DNA from: an uncultured Chloroflexia bacterium
Lineage (GTDB): Bacteria; Chloroflexota; Limnocylindria; Limnocylindrales; CSP1-4
Assembly (NCBI GenBank): GCA_963749705.1
Contig: CAVVNQ010000003.1
Coordinates: 192,001 to 256,000, forward strand
Length of the DNA stretch: 64,000 bases
Direction: 5' to 3'
Made by a program: the position numbers and the translations under genes. Each line of letters opens with the position of its first letter. Position 1 is the first letter of the stretch. Below the pieces are notes generated by a model that had not been told where the DNA came from, made no database searches, and worked only from the letters and a program-made list of their open reading frames with translations. Shown here in pieces: positions 9,671 to 20,184 of this stretch.

Positions 9671-11434
9671 ATGTCGTCCCGCCAGCCGTCGTCCGCCGCC
9701 GTTGCCCGCCTGTTCCGCCGCCTCGGACGCGCGTCAGCCGTTGCAGCCCGTGACGGCGCCCCGTTTGACGAGGCGCTGGACCGTGTTCGGGCTGCCGAGA
9801 TCACCCAGCGCGCGGCCGAGCGGCAGCGCGCGGCCGACCTCGCGGACCTGGAGTCCGCGCTCGCCGCCGGGCGGATCAGCCGCCGCGCGTTCCTGCGGCA
9901 CGCGGTGGCGGCAGGCGCCGGAGCGGCCGCCCTGTCGGCCCTCGGACCGGCCGGGATGCTCGGGGGCCAGGCGGCTGCGGCAGCCTCGGGCTCCACGGCC
10001 CGGGTCATGATCATCGGTGGCGGTGCGGCGGGGATCCGCGCAGCCCACCTGCTGCGCAAGTTCGGCATCGCATCGTCGGTCTACGAGGCCTCCGGCCGGA
10101 TCGGTGGCCGGACGTACACCGACACGACCACGTGGCCCGGCGTCACCGTCGAGCACGGCGGCGAGTTCATCTCCACCGAGCACACCACGGTCCGCAACCT
10201 GATCCGAAACCTGGGGCTCCACCTCGAGGTGGTGGATGGCGGCGCGACGCCGACCGGCGACGAGCTGTACCTCGTCGACGGGTCGCTGTACACCGAGCCG
10301 CAGGCCACCGACGACTGGGCGGCAGGTGTCTGGAAGGCTTTCAAGGACGAGCTGCAGGCCGCGCCATGGCCGCAGACGTTCGACGCGTACACGCCGCGCG
10401 GCGCCGAGCTCGATGGCATGTCGGTCGTCGACTGGTTCGACCCGGCCAACCCGAAGGCCAATCCCGTCCTCGCCGGGCTCGGGCCGGGATCCCGGCTGGC
10501 TCGCCTGATGGCGACGGACACCGTGACTGAGTACGGCGCGGACCCCGGGCAGCAGCCCGCGCTCAACCTGCTGTACCTGCTCGCCTGGAACTCGAAGGGC
10601 TCGATCAGCCCGCTGCCGGGGACGGACGAGCTGTACCACGTCGTGGAAGGCAGCGGCGCGATCGTGGACCGGATGCTGGCGGACCTGCCGCCCGCGACGA
10701 TCCAGGTCGACCGGGCGCTGGTGGCGATCGAGGGGGCGTTCAATGGCCCGTACACCTGTCATTTCGACGACGGCAGCGCCGCCGTCGCAGATCACCTGGT
10801 GCTGACGATCCCGTTTGCCCTCCTGCGCGACGTCGCCATCGATCCCCGGATCAGCGATGGCTTCCGGCCCGCCAAGCACCGCGCGATCGCGGACAGCCCG
10901 ATGGGAACCAACGCCAAGATCCACATCGAGCTCGCGAACCGGACCTGGGGCCCGGGTCACGACCGGATGATCGACGGCCAGGCGTACGAAACGAACGGCA
11001 TCGGCTACTCCGACCCGGACAGCTTCCAGTGCATCTGGGACGCGCGACCCGGCGTGCCCGATGATCCGGGCATCCTGCTGTACTACCCGGGCGGTGCCCA
11101 GGGCGCCGACCTGCGCGGGAGCCAGGTGTTCGGCAACCCGAACCCGGCGGATGTCAGTCGCGTGCTGAGCCAGGTGGACGGCCTGTTCCCGGGCACGTCG
11201 GCGGCGTACACGGGTCGTGCGATCCAGTCACACTGGGCGGCCGAGCCATGGCACCGCGGCGCCTATTCCTACTGGGGCATCGGGCACTACACGGGCTTTG
11301 CCGGCGCCGAGGGCCTGCAGGAGGGCCGCATCCACTTCGCCGGCGAGGCGACCTCGCTCGAGTACCAGGGGTACATCAACGGTGCGGTCGAGACCGGTGA
11401 ACGCGTGGCGCGGGAGATCAAGTCCCAGGTCTAG
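9671..11434 (+). CDS. Flavin-containing monoamine oxidase family protein with a twin-arginine-like segment
   Basis: IIGGGAAG, EASGRIGGR, EHGGEFI and HFAGE..GYINGAVETG motifs. SRRAFL followed by a hydrophobic stretch near residue 70. Confidence 0.85.
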   Translation: MSSRQPSSAAVARLFRRLGRASAVAARDGAPFDEALDRVRAAEITQRAAERQRAADLADLESALAAGRISRRAFLRHAVAAGAGAAALSALGPAGMLGGQAAAAASGSTARVMIIGGGAAGIRAAHLLRKFGIASSVYEASGRIGGRTYTDTTTWPGVTVEHGGEFISTEHTTVRNLIRNLGLHLEVVDGGATPTGDELYLVDGSLYTEPQATDDWAAGVWKAFKDELQAAPWPQTFDAYTPRGAELDGMSVVDWFDPANPKANPVLAGLGPGSRLARLMATDTVTEYGADPGQQPALNLLYLLAWNSKGSISPLPGTDELYHVVEGSGAIVDRMLADLPPATIQVDRALVAIEGAFNGPYTCHFDDGSAAVADHLVLTIPFALLRDVAIDPRISDGFRPAKHRAIADSPMGTNAKIHIELANRTWGPGHDRMIDGQAYETNGIGYSDPDSFQCIWDARPGVPDDPGILLYYPGGAQGADLRGSQVFGNPNPADVSRVLSQVDGLFPGTSAAYTGRAIQSHWAAEPWHRGAYSYWGIGHYTGFAGAEGLQEGRIHFAGEATSLEYQGYINGAVETGERVAREIKSQV

Positions 11435-11500
11435 CCGGCACGGTCCGGCGGGCGCCCGTCGCGCCGATCGTTCGCCGCTGATCTGCCGAGCCCACGCCCG

Positions 11501-12829
11501 ATGACGGGGGTCGCCGCGTCCCGGCGCCGCGAGACCGCGTTCGCCCGCGTGTTCCGCCTGGCGGCGCCGATCATCGTGTCCAACGTCTCGGTGCCCCTGC
11601 TGGGAGCCGTCGACACCGCCGTCGTGGGCCACCTGCCGGATCCGGCCTACCTCGGCGGGGTTGCCGTCGGGTCGACGATCTTCAGCTTCCTGTACTGGGG
11701 CTTCGGCTTCCTGCGCATGGGCACGACCGGGTTCGTCGCCCAGGCGCGTGGATCGGGCGACGACGCCGAGGTTCGCGCCGTGCTGGGACGGGCGCTGATC
11801 ACGGCGGCGGCCCTGGGGCTGCTGCTGATCGCGCTCCAGTGGCCGATCCGCGCGGTGTCCCTGGGCCTGGTCGGCGCCAGTCCCGCGGTCGACGACAGCA
11901 CGGCCGCGTACGTCGCGGTGCGGATCTGGAGCGCGCCGGCGACGCTCGCCAACTACGCGCTGCTGGGCTGGCTGTTCGGCATGCAGCGGCCGAGGACGGC
12001 GCTGGTGCTGCTGGTGTTCACCAACGGTCTCAACATCGCGCTCGACCTGTGGTTCGTGGTCGGGCTCGGCTGGGGCGTCCCGGGCGTCGCCGGCGCGTCG
12101 GTGATCGCCGATTACGCCGCCACCGGGCTCGGCCTGTGGCTCATCCTGCGGACCCTGCCCGGCCGTGCCGGGTGGGAGCGGACGCGCCTGTTCGAGCGCG
12201 TGCGGCTGTTCGCCCTGCTCCGCGTGAACCGCGACATCTTCCTGCGCACGCTGTGCCTGGTGTTCGCCTTCGCCTGGTTCACCGTGCAGGGTGCGCGGCT
12301 GGGCGACCTCACCCTGGCGGCAAACGCGGTGCTGCTCAACCTCCAGTCGATCATGGCCTACGGCCTCGATGGGTTCGCGTTCGCCGCCGAGGCGCTCGTC
12401 GGCGGGGCCGTCGGCGCCCGAGATCGGCCGGGGTTCAGCGCCGCGACCCGTGCGGCCGCGCTGTGGAGCCTCGGCCTGGCCGCCGTGCTTGCGGTCCTGT
12501 ACGCCGCATTCGGCTCGGCCATCGTTGCGCTGTTCACCGATCTGCCCGATGTCCGCGCGACGGCCGCCATCTACCTGCCGTGGATGGTCGCCTCACCGCT
12601 GGTCTCGGTGTGGAGCTATGTGCTCGATGGCGTGTACGTCGGCGCCACGAGGACGACGGAGATGCGCAACGGGATGGCCATCGCCCTGGGCGTCTACCTG
12701 GTGGTCGCACAGCTGCTGGTCCCGGCCTGGGGCAATCACGGGTTGTGGCTGGCGTTCCTGGTCCTGATGCTGATGCGCGCCGCGACGCTGGGCGCCTGGC
12801 TGCCGCGGGTGCTGCGCAGCATCGGCTGA
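11501..12829 (+). CDS. MATE family efflux transporter (DinF-like)
   Basis: SNVSVPLLGAVDTAVVGHL, FLRMGTTG, NRDIFLRT and YGLDGFA motifs. Confidence 0.9.
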   Translation: MTGVAASRRRETAFARVFRLAAPIIVSNVSVPLLGAVDTAVVGHLPDPAYLGGVAVGSTIFSFLYWGFGFLRMGTTGFVAQARGSGDDAEVRAVLGRALITAAALGLLLIALQWPIRAVSLGLVGASPAVDDSTAAYVAVRIWSAPATLANYALLGWLFGMQRPRTALVLLVFTNGLNIALDLWFVVGLGWGVPGVAGASVIADYAATGLGLWLILRTLPGRAGWERTRLFERVRLFALLRVNRDIFLRTLCLVFAFAWFTVQGARLGDLTLAANAVLLNLQSIMAYGLDGFAFAAEALVGGAVGARDRPGFSAATRAAALWSLGLAAVLAVLYAAFGSAIVALFTDLPDVRATAAIYLPWMVASPLVSVWSYVLDGVYVGATRTTEMRNGMAIALGVYLVVAQLLVPAWGNHGLWLAFLVLMLMRAATLGAWLPRVLRSIG

Positions 12830-12843
12830 CGACCCGCGGGGAT

Positions 12844-12915
12844 ACCGGCCCCGGCGGCATGCGATGCCGGCTCCGCCGCCGGCGGAAACCGGCCCCGCGG
12901 CGGCATGCGATGCCG
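12844..12915. repeat. Two-copy direct repeat, each copy with a CGGCAT-GCG-ATGCCG hairpin, between convergent genes (possible terminator)
   Basis: accggcccc(gc)ggcggcatgcgatgccg at 12844-12869 and 12888-12915. Confidence 0.6.
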
Positions 12916-12939
12916 ACCCGCGTTGCGCGCGCTCGAGGC

Positions 12940-15351
12940 CTACGTCGCGCGCTCGCGCACGATCCGTCCGAGCTCCAGGTTGCGCACCGCTCCCAGGGCC
13001 GGGATCTGCGACAGCAGCCCCGTGACGACGATCGCGGCCGCCGTCAGCACCAGCGTCGTCGGACGGACCTCGAGGTCGAACCGGAACATGTCCGACGAGA
13101 AGCTGGCCATGAACAGGGCCGACACCAGGTACCCGATCAGCAGGCCGGGCACGAGGCCGATCGCCGTCAGCAGCAGGTTCTCGCCCGTGATCAGGCGCGA
13201 GATCGTGCGGCTTGGCATGCCCAGGGTCCGCAGCACGGCGATCTCGGTCGCCCGCTCCGAGATGCTGGCCACGAGCGTGTTGTAGATCAGGGCGAACGCG
13301 AGGATCCCGCCCAGGACCACCATCACGCCGATGAACACGTAGAACAGGCCCAGGAACTGGTTCATCAGATCGAACAGGGCGTGGTTGTCGATCACGGCCG
13401 CGACGCCGTCGAGCGACCGCAGGCGCGCCACCACGGCATCGGCATCGGCGCCGGCGGCGTAGCGAACGTACGCCACGTTCTCGAGCGGCGCGGATCCGGC
13501 CTCGGCCGGTCCGACGAGACCCGTGACATAGGGCAGCGACGCGTACACGGGCGTGCCCAGCGGCTCGTTCACGAACCCCGCGACCGTGGCGTCCACCGCG
13601 ACCGTCCCGCTGCCGCTGGCTGTCGCGCCTCCGACCGGTGCCAGCGTCGCCAGGCTCAGGTGGACCGTATCGCCCACGTCCACCTGGAGACGATCGCGCA
13701 GCGCGGCTCCGAGGAGCACCCCCTGTGACGGGAGCGAGACCTCGCGCCAGCTCGAATCGTAGAAGCCGTGCATCGCGCTTCCCGGCTCGAGCGCGGTGAG
13801 CTGGGTCAGGTAGGTCCCCGAGCTCGAGGCGACCGCGACGCTCCACTCGGCCCCGGGCTCCACGGCAGCCACGCCGTCGACCGCCGCGATCGCCGACAGC
13901 TCCGACGGCCCGACCGGCGAGATCGGGTAGACCGATGCGTCCTGCCGGATGATGTCCACGAACTGGCGGTGCATCAGGATGTCGATCGTGTCGATCATCC
14001 CCCACGATGCGAGGATCAGCGTCGACGCCATCACCACGCCGCCGATCGTGGCCAGGCTGCGGCGTGGATGGCGCCCGATGCCGCGCAGGGCGACCCGCCA
14101 GCGAACGGGCAGGCGATGGAGCGGCGGGATCAGGCGCTCGGCGAGGCTCTGATGGCCCTGGCCCATGGGGACGATCCCGCGCATCGCCTCGGCCGGTCGC
14201 AGCGCGGTCGCCCGTCGGGCGGGCAGGTAGGCGGCCGCCACGGCCGCCAGGATCCCGATCGCGACGCCCCCGAGCACGGTGGTCGGGCGGACCTCGGCGA
14301 CCCGGCTGGGGATGCCCAGCTCGCCCGTATAGAGCGTACTGATCACGCCCGCCAGCAGCGCACCCAGGAGGGCGCCGATCACCGACCCGACGACGCCGAC
14401 CGCGAGCCCGAAGCTGGTGTAGTGGACGATGATCGTCCGCCGGGCCATGCCGTTGGCGCGCAGCGTGCCGATGATCGCGCGCTGCGACGCGATCATGCGG
14501 CCGAGCAGCACGAACGTGGCGAACGCCGCCGCGCCGAGGAACATCAAGGGGAACGCGAACGACAGCTCGCCGAACCCGCTCACGTCCTCCTGGAGCGCGG
14601 CGTTGGAGGGCTGCTCGGCCCTGGTCATCACGTCCAGCGCGCCCGCGCTGCGCATCGCCGCGCTGGCGGGCTCGGTGGCGTCGGCGGCCTTGTCGGGCGG
14701 GATGTATGCGAGCGCCTGGGCGTGGACCGTGTCCGGAGCCAGTCCGGCGACCAGCGGCTCGGGCGCGAACACGACGCCGAAGTCGCTGGGCAGGACGAAC
14801 ACCTCCTGGCGGCTCTTGGCGGGCCAGATGTACTCGGGCGAGAAGGCGATGCCCAGGACCTGGAGCTGCTGCCAGCCCGAGGCACCCAGGATCTCGATCG
14901 AATCACCCGGCACGAGCCGGAAGTGGTCCGCCATGTGCTTCTCGACCAGGACGCCGTTGGGCACCGACGGATCGAGCCGCCGCCCGTCGAGGACCAGGAC
15001 GTTGTCCACCGGGGCGTCGCTGCCATCGGGGGGCAACCCGATCGCGCGGCCCAGCAGCTGGTGATCGCCCACCCGGATCGGCGTGTCCGAAACGGACCGG
15101 GTCCCGGTTGCCTCGACACCCGGGACCGCCGCGACTGCCTTCGCAACCGCAGCCGGATCCCGCGCGACGGCGGTGACGGCAGCAAAGTGGTTCTCCGCGT
15201 ACAGCTGCTCGTATGAGGCGGTCAGGTTCAGGAACGCGTCGTATGAGGCGCCGAACAGGGCGACACCGAGGACGACCGTCACGACGACGGCGAGGAACGG
15301 GCCGCGTCGCGCCCGGACCTCGCGGAGCATCGAGCGCCGGAGGTACCTCAC
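12940..15351 (-). CDS. ABC transporter permease, FtsX/MacB-like double domain
   Basis: Two FtsX-type TM blocks (QRAIIGTLRANG; ERATEIAVLRTLG). GTG start overlaps the ATPase stop (GTGA). Confidence 0.85.
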   Translation of the reverse strand: MRYLRRSMLREVRARRGPFLAVVVTVVLGVALFGASYDAFLNLTASYEQLYAENHFAAVTAVARDPAAVAKAVAAVPGVEATGTRSVSDTPIRVGDHQLLGRAIGLPPDGSDAPVDNVLVLDGRRLDPSVPNGVLVEKHMADHFRLVPGDSIEILGASGWQQLQVLGIAFSPEYIWPAKSRQEVFVLPSDFGVVFAPEPLVAGLAPDTVHAQALAYIPPDKAADATEPASAAMRSAGALDVMTRAEQPSNAALQEDVSGFGELSFAFPLMFLGAAAFATFVLLGRMIASQRAIIGTLRANGMARRTIIVHYTSFGLAVGVVGSVIGALLGALLAGVISTLYTGELGIPSRVAEVRPTTVLGGVAIGILAAVAAAYLPARRATALRPAEAMRGIVPMGQGHQSLAERLIPPLHRLPVRWRVALRGIGRHPRRSLATIGGVVMASTLILASWGMIDTIDILMHRQFVDIIRQDASVYPISPVGPSELSAIAAVDGVAAVEPGAEWSVAVASSSGTYLTQLTALEPGSAMHGFYDSSWREVSLPSQGVLLGAALRDRLQVDVGDTVHLSLATLAPVGGATASGSGTVAVDATVAGFVNEPLGTPVYASLPYVTGLVGPAEAGSAPLENVAYVRYAAGADADAVVARLRSLDGVAAVIDNHALFDLMNQFLGLFYVFIGVMVVLGGILAFALIYNTLVASISERATEIAVLRTLGMPSRTISRLITGENLLLTAIGLVPGLLIGYLVSALFMASFSSDMFRFDLEVRPTTLVLTAAAIVVTGLLSQIPALGAVRNLELGRIVRERAT

Positions 15352-16130
15352 CAGGTCACCTCCTCGGGACGAACGGGGTTCGCCTGGACGGTGTCGCCCA
15401 CGATCTCGCCGGATCCCAGCCGGAGGACGCGGTCGGCCATGGTGGCGATGACCGAGTTGTGGGTGGCGAGGATCACCGTCCGGCCGCCGGTCCGGGCCAG
15501 CCGGTGGATGACGCCCAGCACCGAGCGACCGACATCGGCGTCGAGCGAGCCGGTGGGCTCGTCGCACAGCAGGATCTCGGGCGACTTGACCAGCGCCCGC
15601 GCGATCGCGACGCGCTGCTGCTCGCCGCCGGACAGCGCGCTCGCGAAGTGATCCACGCGCTCCGCCAATCCGACCGCGTCAAGGGCGGCGCGGGCCTCCG
15701 CCTCGCCCTTGCCCACCAGCTCCGCCACGAGCGCGACGTTCTCGACGGCGGTCAGGGTCGGGACGAGGTTGAAGAACTGGAAGATGAAGCCCACGTCCTC
15801 GCGCCGAAAGGTCGTCAGCGCCTCGTCGTCGAGGCCACCGAGCTCGCGGTCGCCGACCGTGACCCGACCGTCGGTCGCCGTCTCAATTCCGCCTGCGATG
15901 TTCATCAGCGTCGTCTTGCCGGAGCCGCTCGGACCGAGCACGACGACGAACTGGCCGGCCTCGATCTGGAGGTCAATTCCGCGCAGCGCGTGCACGGCGA
16001 CCTCGCCCGTCCCGAACGTCTTCGACACGCCCTCGAACCGGACGGACGCCCCGTCGCGCGCGTTGTGCGCTGCGGCGGGTGCCGCGTCTGCCTCGCTGTG
16101 TGGTCCGGCGTGAACGGCGTCCTCGGTCAT
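15348..16130 (-). CDS. ABC transporter ATP-binding protein (LolD/MacB-like)
   Basis: GPSGSGKT, LSGGEQQR, CDEPTG. ATG 16130 overlaps the TetR stop. Confidence 0.9.
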   Translation of the reverse strand: MTEDAVHAGPHSEADAAPAAAHNARDGASVRFEGVSKTFGTGEVAVHALRGIDLQIEAGQFVVVLGPSGSGKTTLMNIAGGIETATDGRVTVGDRELGGLDDEALTTFRREDVGFIFQFFNLVPTLTAVENVALVAELVGKGEAEARAALDAVGLAERVDHFASALSGGEQQRVAIARALVKSPEILLCDEPTGSLDADVGRSVLGVIHRLARTGGRTVILATHNSVIATMADRVLRLGSGEIVGDTVQANPVRPEEVTW

Positions 16131-16803
16131 GGCGTGCCTCCTCGGGCAGGATCTGCTCGATCCGGGTTCGGGGTCGTCTCGGGCGTTGGGTCGTTCGCGA
16201 GCGTGGTGTCGATCAGCCGAAGCAGGACGTCGCGGAAGCCATCGATGTCGGTGGCCGGATCGATGATCCGGTGGAACAGCAGGCCGTCCAGCGCGGCCGC
16301 CACCAGCACGCCGGTCGCCTCCGGCGGCAGGCCGGACCGAGCGACTCGCCCGCGATTGCCGCAGTCGCGCACGCGCTCGGCCACGAGGGCGCGGAACTCG
16401 CGGATGCCGCCCACCATGACCTCGGCCAAGCGTCGGATCGCGCATCGCCCGGGCCATCGCCTCGATCAGCAGGCTGAAGGCGGGGCTCGAGGGTCGACCC
16501 GGCCGACGGCGTCGACCGCGCCTGCGAGCCCGCCGCACCGAGGGATGCCTCGTCCGCGAACGTTCGCGCGGCCGGTCCGATCTCCTCGTCCATCGCGGAC
16601 ATGACGGCACCGCGGAGCAGGGCATCCATCGATCCGAAGTGGTAGTGGACGAGCGCCGGGTTGACGCCGGCGCGCGTCGCGACGGCGCGTGTCGTGACGG
16701 CGTCCCAGCCGAGCTCGGCGACGAGCTCCACGGCCGCCACCGAGATCTTCTGTCTGGTCGCATCACCCCGTCGGGGGCGCTTGCCGCCCACGATATTGGT
16801 CAT
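16127..16803 (-). pseudogene. TetR family regulator interrupted by about three single-base frameshifts (pseudogene or assembly error)
   Basis: TetR HTH (AVTTRAVATRAGVNPALVHYHF) in ORF 16213..16803. The C-terminal domain continues across other frames and ends in ORF 16127..16429. The 677-nt span is not divisible by 3. Confidence 0.75.
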
Positions 16804-16833
16804 ACGCCCAATATCGTACCACCGCCAGGGGCG

Positions 16834-17349
16834 TCAGCAGTCGAATGCGAACCAGCAGAGCTCGTTGCGCAGTCGCTGGTCGTCGAGCACGAGGTCTCGG
16901 ATCTCACGGGGCAGCTGCGCGCGCTGCCAGCGACATTCCCGGCGGCCGGCGTCCTCGCCTTCCCCGTCGATCGCCGTCGCACGGGCGGCCCTGACCGCGT
17001 ACGCGGCGGCACCGAGCTCGTGGGCCGCCACATGGCCGACCGCCGCGGCCTGGCCGGCAGCGTACGCGGCATGGCGTGCCGGCCCGCGCAGGTCCCTGGC
17101 CGCAGCGTTTGCGTGGCCGGCCGCCGTGCGTGCCTCTGCCCACGTGACCTCACCACGCGCCCAGGCTCGCGCCAGATCGATCGCGCGTCGCGGACGACCG
17201 TCGTTCGGCCGCGCCTCCTCGAAGTGGTGCAGCACGTGCTCCGCACAGTCGGCCGCCCAGGTCGCGAGCAGGCGATGGTCCCTGTCATCCAGGCTGCCAC
17301 CGCGGCGCACGGTGATGAACCTGGGATCGCGAATCTTGGGCAGGATCAC
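16834..17349 (-). CDS. Conserved hypothetical protein, Imm5-like putative immunity family
   Basis: WAADCAEHVL..FE, DGRPRRAI..ARAW, AAGQAAAVGHVAAH..AAAYA and ECRWQ pattern, recognised from memory. Confidence 0.6.
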   Translation of the reverse strand: MILPKIRDPRFITVRRGGSLDDRDHRLLATWAADCAEHVLHHFEEARPNDGRPRRAIDLARAWARGEVTWAEARTAAGHANAAARDLRGPARHAAYAAGQAAAVGHVAAHELGAAAYAVRAARATAIDGEGEDAGRRECRWQRAQLPREIRDLVLDDQRLRNELCWFAFDC

Positions 17350-17423
17350 GGGTGTGGGCGCCCTCGGGTACCGCCGCCGCCGTACGACGCCGCCGCCGCC
17401 GAACGACCGGATGCGAGAGGAAG

Positions 17424-17796
17424 TGGTGGAGATGGGGGAGAGTCGAACTCCCCGTCCAGAACCCTTCGCCAGGACCCACTACGAGCGTGTCCGATGATTT
17501 TCGTCAGCCGGTCGGACGCCCATCGGCAGGCTTCCGTCCGGCCCAGTCACGTGTCCCTAGATCGGGCTTGGCTCCGGACTACGTGACGCTCGTCCGGGCT
17601 GCACCTTCGCTGAGTGACGCTTCCACGGCCCGCGAAGGGGAGGCCGCTTCCACGCTCACCTTACCGCCTAAGCGGCGAGGGCGAGAGCAGGCTGCTTGTT
17701 GGCAGTTACTTCGTTTTGCCGCCGGTTTAACGAGGCCTGACGGCACCTCGGCTCGCGTTCCCTGGCAGCCAAGCCCTGTCGAGACCACGCATCCCC
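17424..17796 (-). ncRNA. ssrA: tmRNA; tag peptide (A)ANKQPALALAA* at 17703..17668
   Basis: 5' GGGGATGCGTGGTCTCGAC and 3' GGAGTTCGACTCTCCCCCATCTCCACCA form an Ala acceptor stem with the G3-U wobble. TAACT precedes the GCC resume codon; the tag ends in ALAA. Confidence 0.96.
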
Positions 17797-17824
17797 ACGG
17801 GCCGAACCGCTGTTCGGGGGCGAA

Positions 17825-17833
17825 ATCGTAGCA
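17825..17833 (-). promoter_or_regulatory. Extended -10 promoter of ssrA (TG-C-TACGAT)
   Basis: Reverse complement of atcgtagca, about 30 nt upstream of the mature tmRNA 5' end. Confidence 0.55.
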
Positions 17834-17946
17834 TCGGTCCCGCCGTTCGGCGAGCGGATGCCGGCGGCACGGGCGGGCCCGGCGCCACCTCGAACGACGG
17901 CCCGGGCTATCCTCGGTGCACGCGAACGGACCGGTGAGGATGGGAG

Positions 17947-20180
<2,234 letters not shown>

Positions 20181-20184
<4 letters not shown>

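Noticed and set aside
6760-17423. Possible genomic island integrated at the tmRNA 3' end
   Set aside because: No integrase, no duplicated tmRNA 3' end and no obvious composition shift seen by eye.
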